Source of the DNA: Isurus oxyrinchus
Lineage: Eukaryota
Direction of reading: 5' to 3'
NCBI GenBank assembly: GCA_026770705.1
Contig: JANJGN010000019.1
Span: forward strand, 37,076,001-37,140,000
DNA length: 64,000 bases
Below, piece by piece: positions 14,066-25,846 of this stretch (position 1 is its first letter; every line of letters begins with the position of its first letter). The notes under the pieces were generated by a model. It saw nothing but the letters and a program-made list of their open reading frames with translations, ran no database searches and was not told the DNA's origin. The position numbers and the translations under genes are program-made.

Positions 14066-14575
14066 ATAAATGGAATAAAACAAATAACTAGATGGTCAGG
14101 AAAACAACCTGAACAGAGAGCCAATAGTTTCTGATAACTCACATGCTATTTTACCGAGTTGAAGAGACAATATGGAGAACATGAATCCTATACATCCTTC
14201 AAGAGAGCTGAGAACAAGTTTGGGGAGATTGGTGAAAAAACAATGCTTATCTCTGCGAACCAGAGAAGAAGGCAGAGATTTCAATGTGAGATGTAGGATA
14301 ATGTAAATAATGTATTTAATAGGGGCAGAGACTTGCAGGAGATGTGGTGTAAAGGGTTAATGTTAAATTATTAAATAGACAGCCTAGATCATCCGTGATC
14401 TAAGTCACATGAATACTAAGGGATAGTTCTTTGTGAAGCCCCTTGCTAAGCCTTGTACAGTACAGAGTTAGCAAAATGCTCAATGAAAGGTAAAGTGTAC
14501 CACAAACTTGCCTCCAGTGGTCTCTATCGGTCCTAACCATGGACCACTTATTTAAGACCCACATGGATGATAACA

Positions 14576-14885
14576 GAAATTTCAGCAGCAGCCCTCAGCT
14601 AGGCCCTGGGAGAGACAGGAATCAATCAGCAAGGAAGGGGCAGTTGGGAAAAGGGAGAAGTGAGCAGGAGAGGAAGCCCCCCATTTGGAAAAAGAGAGAA
14701 CCAATTAGTCCCAGACACATGAAGATGGCGGTGCAAAATAAGCGATATGGGTTCGACCGCCTGTTACATACAGCATCTGACACTCAGTTGACTGCAATGG
14801 AATTAAAAATCAGGCACTGTGTATGACGGGCAGCCATTCCAATACCACCCGCCTCTTCGTCTCACCTGAGACAAATTTCTAGCCC
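14576..14885. mobile_element. Harbinger-type MITE fragment
   Basis: Ends in AAATTTCTAGCCC, the same TIR style as other MITEs in the window. Confidence 0.4.
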
Positions 14886-15360
14886 TAAGTGTGTGATTTT
14901 AATTCATAACATGAAAGAACTGAAACAAATTTCTATCCCATTCAATTTTAGAAAGCTGGAAAGAAGTTTAGGTTCAAATAGAAAGAGGATGAACTGTTTA
15001 TTTAAATTGTCTTTCAAATAAAGAGAAAATGAGTTGGTGTGACCTCGGTTACAGGGCTATAATAATGCATGTTCAGAAAGTAGAAGGAAGTTGTAATCTT
15101 TATAAGCAAACAGGCATGATGGTGGAGGGGACTGGAATGTTCTCATTTTTGTGTTATTGAGATTCAGTTGTTTGTTGCTTCACATTTCTGAATCTGAAGC
15201 CACTGGAGTCTGAGAGAGATCCAAATGAAAACAGTAGCAACCACTCAGACTTTAATGCCCACCGCATTAATCATGCATTCCAGTGAAACATGCAGTTTCG
15301 ATGGCGGGCAAACTCTCATTCGTCTACCACACCATCACCTCACCACTTCATCACGCCGGG

Positions 15361-16918
15361 CCAATTCGATTCACTCCACGTGATATCAAAAAACGGCTGA
15401 AGGCACTGGATACTGCAAAGGCTGTGAGTCCAGACAATATTCCAGCAATAGTACTGAAGACTTGTACTCCAGAACTTGCCGTGCCCTTAGTTAAGCTGTG
15501 CCAGAATTTCCCAGGTATGTCCTGTACACAAAAAAGGACAAATCCAACCTGAACAATTACCGCCCCATCAGTCTACTCTCCATCATCAGTAAAGTGATGG
15601 AAGGGGTCATCAACAGTGCTGTCAAGCAGCACTTGCTTAGCAATGACCTGCTCACTGATGCTCAGTTTGGGTTCCACCAGGGTCACTCAGCTTCTTACCT
15701 CATTACGTCCTTGTTTCAAACATGGACAAAAGAGCTGAACAACAGAGGTGAGGTGACAGTGACTGCCTTTGATCTCAAGGTAGCAATTGACAGAGCATTG
15801 GCATTAAGGAGCACAAGCAAAACTGAAGTCAATGGGAATCAGGGGAAAAATCTCCACTGATTAGAGTCATGCCTAGCACAAACATGATTGTAGTGGCTGG
15901 AGGTCAATCATCTCAGTTTTATTATATCACTGCAGGAGTTCCTCAGGGTAGTGTCCTAGGTCCAAGCACTCTCAGCTACATCATCAATGACCTCCCTTCC
16001 ATCATAACATCAGAAGTGGGGATGTTCACTGATGATTGCACAATGTTCAGCAGCTTTCGTGACTCCTCAGACACTGAAGCAGTCCATGTCCAAATGCAGA
16101 TAAACCTGGATAATATCCAGGCTTGGGCTGACAAATGGCAAATAACATTCGTACCACACAAGTGACAGCTAGTGACCATCTCCAACAAGAGAGAATCTAA
16201 CCATCGCCCCTTGACATTCAATGGCATTACCATCACTGAGTCCCCCACTGTCAACATCCTGGGGTTTATCATTATCATCAGAAACTAAACTGGTCTAGCC
16301 ATATAAATACTGTGGCTACAAGAGCACGTCAGAGGCTAGGAATCCTGTGGCGAGTAACTCACCTCCTGACTCCCCGAAGCCTGTCCACCATCTACAAGGC
16401 ACAAGTCAGGAGTGAGATGGAATACGCTCCACTTGCCTAGATGAGTGCAGCTCCAACAACATTCAAGAAGCTTGACAACATCCAGCACAAAGCAGCCTAC
16501 TTGATTGGCACCCCTTCCACAAACATTCACTCTCTCCACCACCGACAAACAGTGGCAGCAGTGCATACCATCCACCAGATGCACTGCAGGAACTCACCAA
16601 TGCTCCTCAGGTAGCACCTTCCAAACCCACGACCACTACCATCTTGAAAGACAAGGACAGCAGGCACATGGAAACACCACCACCTGGAAGAGCCCCCCAC
16701 AAGCCACTCACTATCATGACATGGAAATGTATTGCCATTCCTTCACTGTTGCTGGGTCAAAGTCCTGGACATTCCTTTCTAACAGCACTGTGGGTGTACC
16801 TGCACCACAGGGACTGTAGCAGTTCAAGAAGGCAGTTCACCACCACCTTCTCAAGGGCAATTAGGGATGGGCAAGAAATACTGGCCTAGCCAATGATGCC
16901 CACATCCCATAAATGATT
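15361..16918 (+). mobile_element. CR1/L2-group LINE family B, RT to 3' tail, frameshifted
   Basis: Motifs: DIKKRLKALDTAKAVSPDNIP, NYRPISLLSIISKVMEG, AQFGF, GVPQGSVLGP...INDL, MFTDD, IYKAQVRS. Confidence 0.93.
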
Positions 16919-16985
16919 TAGAAGACAGTGCAGCCGTGCTCACACCTCTCAGGGCATCCAGCCCAGGACTGCTGCAAAGAAGACA

Positions 16986-18645
16986 TGGCCCCAAAAGGCA
17001 AGAAGACTGCAGCCTCCAGCTTAATGATGCACCCCTTGAGCATCTTTTGGATGCAGTGGAGGCTTGCTCTGATGTCCTCTACCCCCACTCTGGCCACAGG
17101 AGGGGCAGCAGCATCATCAATCCAGCATGGGAGGTGGTGGTAGCGGTGGTCAGCGCCAATGCCCTGCAAAAGAAGAAAGCCACCCAGTGCCACAGCAGCG
17201 TGAATGGTCTCATCTGTTCCACCAAGGTGAGTCACTCTTCTCATCACTCTTAACTCACACATTCACAAACCCATCACACATCCTCATGGATCTCACACCT
17301 CAAGGAACAACACCATTAACTCTCACACATACTCACATCTTCCTCAGCTCATATCCTCTGGAGCTTGTGTTCTCATTCCATCCATGGCTCTGCTCACCAC
17401 ACAAACCTTCCATGTGTCCTTGTGCCATGTGTCCTGCTCACACTCTCTCCATCTGTTTTCATACAGGAGAAGCCTGCTCACAACAGCAGGGAGAAGTCCC
17501 AGATCAGGGGTGGAGTGGCCCACATTAGGCCCCTCACTCACTTTGAGGAGTGTGCCATCACGCTGACTGGTAAGGATGTGGACCGTGCCTGCGGCAACAG
17601 TGAGGTTGGCGGCAAACACCCTGGTGAGAATCCTGCACCACATCATCCCTCTCTCAGGGCAACTGTGAGGGCTCTCTCTCCTGCTTTTGACTCTGCTGCC
17701 ATGCACTAATTCTCTCTACTTTGGATCACAGGGAGTTCTGCCAACCAACTGACACACTCAACCAGCCAGTCCCTCAGCTCCATCCAGGTCCCCACTTCCA
17801 GCCAAGAGGACACCTCCTCCATTGAAGAGCTGGAAATGAGCAGCCTGGGAGACCTGTCACTGCGCCCTCCATCAGTGTAGAGACACACGCCTCAGTGGGA
17901 CCTAGATCTAGAGCAGGCAGCAAGAGGCGGCAGGTTCAGCCGAGCTCCATGACATTCGGAGGGCTGCTGGGGAAGAGGCATCTGTCAGGTCCGAGTCAGA
18001 TGATGAGCCTCTGGATTTGACCTTCCAACTCATTCTGGAAAGTCAGCAGAAGGCGAGGGAACATCACGCAGAGCTTTTGGAAGCCCTCAACAGAGTGGCA
18101 CATGAATAGGAGGAGTGCGCCCACCTGCTCTCTGAATTAATGGTGCCCACATATGCTCACATGGAGGTCTCTATGGGGAAGATGGCAGATGCCATGGAGA
18201 CCCTGGTCCAGCAGAAAGCGGAGATGTGTGCAGACCTGCACTCCATCGCGGTAGCCATGGGTGAGTTTCTGCAGTGGTGACACAAGGGGAAACAGGTTCC
18301 CTCCAGGCGCTCCTTCCCCTCAAGGAGTCAGGCTGCAGCCCTTGGACACCCAAAGAGAGGAGGACCGGCAGCTGGACACCTCTGGGTCATCCACTCAGGA
18401 ATCTCAGAGGCTCTTTGCCTGTGACCTACTCAACCTCATCCTCTGTCACCACAGAGGGAGCAACTGGCCCACGGGAGGCCAGCCAAAGCAAGCCAGAGCC
18501 CCCAAGGCCTCGACTCTCCAGAGGACCCACACCAAAGTCATCAGAGACAACAGGACCAACCATTGCACAGGCTGTCACCACGCTTGCTGCCGATGTCAGG
18601 GCAGCAACCAGAAATCTAAGGCGTTCAAAAGTTAAGAAATCTGAT
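16986..18645 (+). pseudogene. Harbinger Myb/SANT-like (trihelix) DNA-binding protein gene, 3 exons, degenerate
   Basis: Exon 1: MAPKGKKT.../LNDAPLEHLLDAVEACSDVLYP...AWEVVVAVVSANALQKKKATQC, donor GT 17227. Acceptor AG 17465-66, exon 2 EKPAHNSREKSQIRGG...LTHFEE, donor 17624. Branch CACTAAT and acceptor 17730-31, then an S/E-rich and coiled-coil exon 3. Confidence 0.85.
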
Positions 18646-19739
18646 CACAGTTGGTTCACACTGGTGAACACATTTTGTCACTTTACAATCTGGAAATATA
18701 TTCACTTTCACGGAATAATGTGTAATGATGTCTTTCAGCTTCATTGACAGGTTCGCAAGTCCTCCCACTGCATCCCCCTCCACCAGCAGTTAAGTTGCGC
18801 ACAGCTGGCCCACGAGTGATTCTGGAGGGAGAATGTGTGTGGCAGGACCTTTCAAAGCCTCTTGCAAGCACTCTCCTGTGCACCGAGATCCTTCCTGTGT
18901 CACGCTCATCTAAATGTCCTGAGCATTTTCAATGCTGCCTGCTGGGGTTCTCTTTCAGTTGTCCATCTGAGCTGACCTGCATCTCTGCCCATCACACTCC
19001 CATGCAGCACCTGATCTCCCCGTTTCACTTTTGATTTAGCCAGAATGGTAGTGCTACAGTTTTTCTTTTGGTCCCCTGTCCTTTACCCTCCCCCAGCCAT
19101 CCACTTCCTTTCCCCCATCACTGTCAACCCCCCTAACATCACCTTCCTTCTCCCCTCCATAAGCTACCAACCACAACCCTTTTCTCTCGAGGATGTCCAG
19201 TTGAACGTGCACGTTCCCTTCCTTCCCAAAAATCCCACCCCCATCCACATTAATCTCCCCAACCTCCACCTTCCCACCCCCAGGGTCCATGTCTGCCTCT
19301 GAATCCCCACCAACCACCTTTGCCATTCCTTCTACAGATACCATTGACCCCTTACCCTACTGCCTCACTCTGCCCCTGGTCATTCTCACCATTCCCTCAT
19401 ACCACACCCACCCCCAGTTCACTCCCCAGGGGGGCAGTCATGGACTCATCAGAGCACTCCCTTGCACATTCCCTGGGACTCCTTTGCCCCTTGGAATTCC
19501 TACCCCCACTCCCTTGGAACTCCTTCCACCCCACCGGATTCTACTCCCCCAACTCAGTCCTTCTACACCCCTGCCCTTCCCAACCCCCTACGGACTCCCC
19601 CTTGTGGATTCCACCCCCACCCCCACACCGTCAGCCCTGTCCTTCCCCCTTCCTGACTTCTTCTGCCGCCCTAACTCCTCCCTTCCCAACTCCTTCCTCC
19701 ACCCATACTTCTTCTCTACCATTACTCCCTCCTCTCTCC

Positions 19740-20060
19740 ACACTCCTTCCTCCCCTCGGACTCCTTCCTCCCCCCAGACTCCTTCATCCCCCTGGACTCC
19801 TTCAGGCCCCTGGACTCCTTCCTCCCCTGGATTCCCTCTCCTCTCCCCACTCCTTCCTCCACCTGGACTCCGTCCCCTCTCCGCACTCCTTCCTCCCCTC
19901 GGACTCCTTCCCCTCTCTGCACTCCTTCCTCCCACCAGATTCCTTCCTCCTGATGGTCTCATTCCCCTCTCGGCACTCCTTCATGCCCCTGGCCTCTTTC
20001 CTGCTCTGGATTCCTTCCCCTCTCTACACTCCTTCCCCCATCCAAACTCCTTCCCTTACA
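19740..20060. repeat. C/T-rich 18-bp minisatellite (ACTCCTTCCTCCCCTCGG-like units)
   Basis: Repeated (G)ACTCCTTCCTCCCC units at ~18-nt spacing within a 1.3-kb C-rich tract. The minus strand reads GEEGVR-like hexapeptides. Confidence 0.85.
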
Positions 20061-21489
20061 CCTTCCACTGTCCCCTTACATCTACCTCTCCAGTTGCCAT
20101 CATCTCCCCCATTACCCTCTCCTGCCCCCGTAGTCCCTCCAACCCGACACCTTCATTCCTCCCCTCCCAACCTAACTCCCTCAACACCTTCGTGGCCCCC
20201 TCCTAACCTCACCTGCCCAAACACCTTTGTTTCCCACTAACCCCCACTCGACCTCATCCCTCTCCAACGTCTCTTCCTCTCCAGACCTTCCTCTCCCACC
20301 CCACCCTACCCTGTACATCTTTCTCTCCCAAACATAGCTGGGTCTTCCTCTCCACCCCCTTGACCATCATCCATTGTGAGCAGTCCCTCGACAGTGACTT
20401 TCCACCTTCCATGAGTTGCTTCGCGGCGGAGCCATGCCCATGAGAATCCACCCAGCATGCAATGGACATTCCTCCAGTGTGGCATGGATGTCAGGCTCCA
20501 GCATCTTCTGCTCCTCTGACATCTGCAAATGAGCAAGGCCCTGGCGGTAAGTCCCGACTTCTGCATGTCACACTTGTCAAGCTGTGTTCTGCATCAGCGT
20601 GCTTTCCCGCTGATGTGGGCAGACGATCCGGCTTTGGGGGATGATTCTGGTGGGCTGGCCTTGTAATGATGTGCATATGAGTTCCCGATGTCTGACAGCA
20701 GGAAACACAGCCCACCATCAGCGGGCAGAGCAGGTGATTGCACATAGGTTTCACAACATCGTGAAACCAATTTTTGGCCTCCCTGCCATATTGTCTGCTC
20801 ATGCTGCCAAACGCGGCCAACGCCAGCGGGCACAGACAATTCACCCTATGTTTACTCTGGCAGTACTGCAATATGCACGTGTCATTTCAGATTTAGGTTT
20901 ATGGGTTTTGCATTGGCACTGAAATGTTGTAACAATACTCAGAATACTCACTGCCTTGTCATCTGTGCTCACAATTTTGATGAAATTCTGAACAAGCTCT
21001 ACCAATAAAATATCCGTTTATAAAATAAAAGCACAATTAAACCAGAATATTACAATTCCCCATGCCTGCAAATATATGCAAGACAAATTAAGCTGCTGTA
21101 TCATGGACAACGGCCTGAAAATGCGTAAACACATCAAAGATCCACTGTCGTTCAAACTTAAGTATGAAACTGGCATCACTTATTAACTAGATGTATCACC
21201 ACATAAAATAGCTTACTATTCAATTCACTAAAATTCTCCAACAATAAATATTGTATTGGGGTCTGAATCTCAAACTGAAACTTTGTAGGCTGAAAATTGG
21301 TTTTCAGCTTCGACTACTTTTATTCACTTACAGCAAATTCAAACCAATATAGCCTAACTTTTCAGCTCCACCTGGAAATCATTTATTTCACACTGAATGT
21401 AAAATGATCTATTATTGATAATAATGATATGTAAGGCTTGAGCACTAGGTTTTAAAAGAAATAGGAATTCGTTTAAAACCAATTTTGCT

Positions 21490-22430
21490 TCAAGACTGCA
21501 TGAGCTTGAGGCTGACTGCATGGTTGGGTGTCTGCCTGAAACATCAGCTAAAAGTCATTTGACAGCCCCAGCTCCCCCAACCCAAGTGCAAAGGGAGGTT
21601 GCCAGTGTTTACCTGCTGGTCGAAGGCTGAGCAGGCCGTGATGAATTTCATCGTCACCATCTGCCTTCTTCGAGAGGAGGCTCCCAAGAAATGGAAAATG
21701 GTCCACATTTTCCAGGATTTCATTGTTGATCTTAATCAAAGAATACTTGAGGACCAGGATCTCAAACCCAAAACTAAGGTCCTGGTTTACCGGACAGAGG
21801 TGATCCCTGTGCTCCTATATGTTTTGGAGTATTGGACAACCTACAGCAGACATCTCAAAGCACTGGAGCAGTACCATCAGAGGTGCCTTCGCAAGATCCT
21901 CCACATCCAGTGGCAAGAAAGGTGATCCAACAGCAACGTTCTTTCCCAAGCCAACTTGCCTAGCATTGAGGCGTTTAATACTCAAAACCAGCTCCAGTGG
22001 GTTGCACAAGTAGTTCACATGCCTGACACCAGACTCTCAAGGCATCTGATCTACTCAGAACTCAAGCATGGCAGGAGACTCCCATGGAAACAACTTAGGA
22101 ATGTCCTCAAGGCATCCCTGAAGAGGTCAAACACCCCTGCCAACGCATGGGAGACCTTGACTTCTGATTGACCAAAATGGAGAAGGCTCATCTCGGAAGG
22201 CACTGAACACTTCAAGAGACCATGTCAGGAACGTGCAGAGGTGAAGTCAAGGCATTAGAGGGAGCGCAAAATGACCCATCTACCCAACCCTTCAAGCACC
22301 ACCTGCTCCACATGTGACAAGTCTGCAGATCACACATTGGACTTATCAGCCATCTCAGAACACATTGAACTTGTGGGGAAGCAAGCCAACCTTAATCCCA
22401 CAGGACAGCCTGTGAAGAAGAAGAAGAAAA
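21490..22430 (+). mobile_element. RTE-clade LINE 3' part with an inverted internal segment
   Basis: TKVLVYRTEVIPVLLY..WTTYSRHLKALEQYHQRCLRKILHIQWQ and QLQWVAQVVHMPDTRLSRHLIYSEL. A (GAA)n tail lies at 22414-22428. The upstream motif LENVDHFPFLGS is on the minus strand at ~21605-21737. Confidence 0.9.
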
Positions 22431-23059
22431 TATATTCATACTCTAAGTTTCTATTCAAAGCTAGAGTAATCTCAGATAATTTTTGATACTTTCATTATGT
22501 TTCTTATTGGTGGTAACTCACTGCATCTGTAAAAAAAATTATGTTATTTATTTTAATGGTTCTTTACAATACAAAAATATTCTACATAATACAGCAATAA
22601 TTTTCTTCCAAACAATCTCAACTATATGAGCAAAACCAGATTCACCTGGATTGAATCAGTTTAACTGAAGCTGAATAATATGTGTAAGAGCTCCCTCTAT
22701 AGCCTTCCAAGAATATTAGGGTAATCATAGACCAATGATTTACACTTGGATTCTGCCATTTTCCACAATGATGACTAGGATTGTAGCTTTCTGTATGTTT
22801 TTTTTTCTTCCTTTCCAACCTTCACCTTTAGGCAACCATTCTCTGCTACCTTGTTATATTCCAGAAATCTAGGTGGTGAAGGATAGCACTCCAGCTAATT
22901 TTTACATACTTTTATAAGCATTTATTTATGGAGAACCATATTATAAACACGCACCTCCTCACTCCACCATCACTGTTTCAGTCTGTTCCTTTTTTAAGGG
23001 GCTCAAATGAAACCCCAGTTAATGCCCAGCACTTGTATACAATTAAACAAAATTAATAT

Positions 23060-23570
23060 ACAATTAAGACCGGGACAGTGGAGGGGCCGAGAGAGATGTT
23101 GGGGAGGTACAACTGGTCGTACAGGTGGAAACTCAAGCTATGTTTTCGGATGATTTTGCCCAGGGACAGGGTGCAGATAAGAAATAGGAGGCAGCCAAAG
23201 ATAAAGAATTGGGGGGACCAGATGTAATGGTAAGCAGGTGATTTTCTAGCTATGACTGGATAGTTAAGAATGAAATCAGGTGAGTGCCATCCAGATGGAT
23301 GTAGTGAAGTGTCATTGGAGGAGGATGGCGTGATCAACTGTGTGAATGATGGCAGACAGGTCAAGAAGGACAAGGGGGATCATTTACCTCTATAACAGTC
23401 ACACAGCATGTCATGTGTCGTGTGGCAGAGGGAGAAACCTGATTGGAGGGATTCAAACATAAAGTTCTGAGAAAGTTGGGAACGGATTTGGGAGAGGTTC
23501 AAGGACTTTGGACGGGAAAGGAGACTGGAGATGGGGCAGTGATTAGCAAGGATGGAGGGATGGATAAAGC
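23060..23570 (-). mobile_element. L2 LINE RT fragment
   Basis: ANHCPISSL, FESLQSGF and LLFLICTLSLGKIIRKHSLSFHLY(A)D(TQ)LYL are L2-type RT motifs. Confidence 0.8.
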
Positions 23571-23759
23571 ATATAAAGAGCAAAAAATAATCAGAAATAT
23601 AGAGCCGCTCAAGGATAAAGAGTGAAATTTGGTTGTGAATTATGAATATTTTATGGGTTTTTTTCACAAATGACATAGTTACTGTAAATGAGGAAATGGA
23701 AAAGGTGATAAAGCTAATTGTAAAACAGTAAATTATATCTTAAGAAGAATGCAAAACTC

Positions 23760-25290
23760 ATGGTAAAAAAATCACAGGTCATTATGGCACACAGCATCAG
23801 CGCTCAAGGAACTTAATGGGGGGATAATGGAAGGTCTGGCCACAATTTTTAAATCCTCCTTAGAAATGCAACTTGTTCTGTGCAAAAGGATGGTGACCAA
23901 TGTAATACCTCTGTTCAAGAAGGTGAAGAGGGATAAAGTGGATGAATATGGACCAGTTAGTCTAACATTAGCTGTGGGCAAACTCACAGGGGCATAAATT
24001 TGTCTAGGGCAGCTGTGTATTGCATTGGCTGCCAGTTACACACCCCGCCTAATATTCAATCCCAAGATGAATTTTTAACCCAAGAACTCATACTTCAAGA
24101 TAAACGAATAAGTATTTAGAAATGTATGCACTAAATGAGGACCACCAACACTGCTTTGTGAAAGACAAATTATGTTTCATAAACTTAACAAAGCTTTTTG
24201 AAGGAGTGACATTTTGGTCAATGAAGGGAGTGCAGCAGATGTGGTATACACACATTTTTTGAAGGTGTTTGATAAGTTATCTCACTGGGGATTTGTTAGG
24301 AAAATCAGATTTATAAGGAAGTGCAGCAGCATGGATAAAAATGGGTGTACATGTAATAAACTGACATTTCTGATTATTGAACATTGCTTGGATTGGAGTG
24401 GTAAACTACAGGGGCTAGTGCTGAGTCCACTGTTATTCTCAATACATAAAAATGATTTGGAAATGTGGAGCACATCTTGAAATATACATTTACACAAAAG
24501 TAAAGGGTTAGGCTAAAGGTAAGAAGAGTGATAAAAAAATTCAGGAGGACATCAACAGGTTTTTGGAATGGGCAGACAGGTGAGAGAAGCAATTTAATGT
24601 GGAGCAGTATGGGGTAAAACATTTTGGAGTAAAAAGCACGAAGTGCAAGTATTCATTCAATAGAAAGAAACTAATATGTATGGATGAATAGGGATACTCA
24701 AGGAGTTCAAGTACATATTTCCTAGAAAATATAAATGCAGAAAAATAAGGCATGTTGGGTTTTATAAATAGGAGCATGGAGCACCAGAGTAAATGAAAGA
24801 TGTGAATACAGCAATAAATAGGCTAGTTAGCACAACTTTGAGCACTCCATTATAAAAAGGACATGAAAAGCATGCATGGTATATGGATAATTGAGATAAC
24901 TGGATTATTTCCACCAGAGCAGAAGAGCCTAAGAGGAGATTTAGTGTATATTTTCAAAATTACAGAGAGCTTAGATAGAATGAATAGGGCAGAATTGTTT
25001 TCTGCTGTCAGAGTTAAAGAAGAGTTATCAGTTTAAATGTGTCACTAAGAAGGAAAAGAGGGGCATGAGGGAAATTTTAGGCAGAGGGTTGTTGAAGTAT
25101 AGAATGCCACATGGAGTATTTGAGGCAGAGACTGTTGCATTCTTGAAGGGAAAATTGGATAAACAATTGAAGCTGAGGCAGTTGAAAGGCTACACACAGA
25201 GAACAGAATGATGGGATAAGTTTTTAACTGTTTCTCAAGGAGCCCGCAAAGACACGAGGGCTGATCCCTCTCCTTCTGTGCTGTAAACTC
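23760..25290 (+). mobile_element. Old degenerate CR1 LINE
   Basis: VIPLFKK...YGPVSLT, DVVYTHFLKVFDKL and QGLVLSPLLFSIHKNDL. A CR1-like tail lies at ~25250-25290. Confidence 0.8.
23989..24081. mobile_element. ~93-bp MITE inside CR1
   Basis: GGGGCATAAATT...AATTTTTAACCC termini interrupt the CR1 RT sequence. Confidence 0.5.
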
Positions 25291-25846
25291 CTCCGGTTCA
25301 ACAGTATAGATTTTCTGTATCTTTTAGGTTATACAACTTATGCAAGCTGAAATTAATTGAATTCACTTTAAGCTATTTTTATGTAAGATAATGATTATAT
25401 TTTAAGTAGAGCAGGAGTATAGAGCTCAGGGGTAACAAGATGGTAAAATCGGAAACCCTCTGGTACATCAATATAAAATTGCAGAGCTGATTGAGTTTTT
25501 AACTTTTTCTGAACCTTATTAAGATGGGAAGGAACACATAATCTTTACTCATTACTAAAGAATTATATACTTTGCATTTGAATTCTGGATTTTTATTGAG
25601 AATTTTGACAATAGAGAAAATATATGCATAGTTTATGACATGTTTGTGCCACTGCAGGTTTTGATCAATGCTCTTTTCAGTCTATCCATCCTACTATACA
25701 AGTATTAGAGGCTGATTGTTCAGGAATGTGTGAATGATTATTGATATTCTTTATTAGTCAAGGAGAATAGTTTATGTTATGAAAGCATCAGAGTGCCTTT
25801 GTTGTGCCAAGTACTTCTCACATGACAAACAAAATCTAGCACATCC

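Larger units (their letters stand above)
11371..14575 (+). mobile_element. Internally deleted Gypsy-type LTR element hosting a Harbinger insertion
   Basis: Two related TG...CA repeats at 11371-11606 and 14343-14575 share AAATAGACAG, CAATGAAAGGTAAA, TAAGACCCAC and GGATGATAACA. PBS TGGTGGCAACAG is at 11609. ORF 11676..11975 (NYNQHHRINNPELSPGESVWIHDQ) resembles an integrase C-terminus. Confidence 0.8.
15250..20846 (+). mobile_element. Harbinger-ended element with Myb gene and no transposase (copy A), interrupted by LINE 15361-16918
   Basis: The right ~90 bp (CAATTTTTGGCCTCCCTGCCATATTGTCTG...ACAATTCACCC) matches the end of the complete Harbinger at 57355-57444. A spliced Myb gene lies inside. 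The left boundary is inferred. Confidence 0.75.

Noticed and set aside
18790-18835. SOCS/BC-box in the PESLVGQLCA motif of the putative cargo ORF
   Set aside because: Spacing is SLxxxxC, not the SLxxxC of a BC box, so the resemblance is not supportable.
19740-20060. Regularly spaced repeats as a CRISPR-like array
   Set aside because: Contiguous degenerate tandem units with no unique spacers, no cas genes and a eukaryotic context.
19289-20240. Two overlapping ~305-aa Pro/Ser/Leu-rich plus-strand ORFs
   Set aside because: Several frames are open at once because the C/T-rich strand rarely forms stop codons. This is a low-complexity artefact with no domain.
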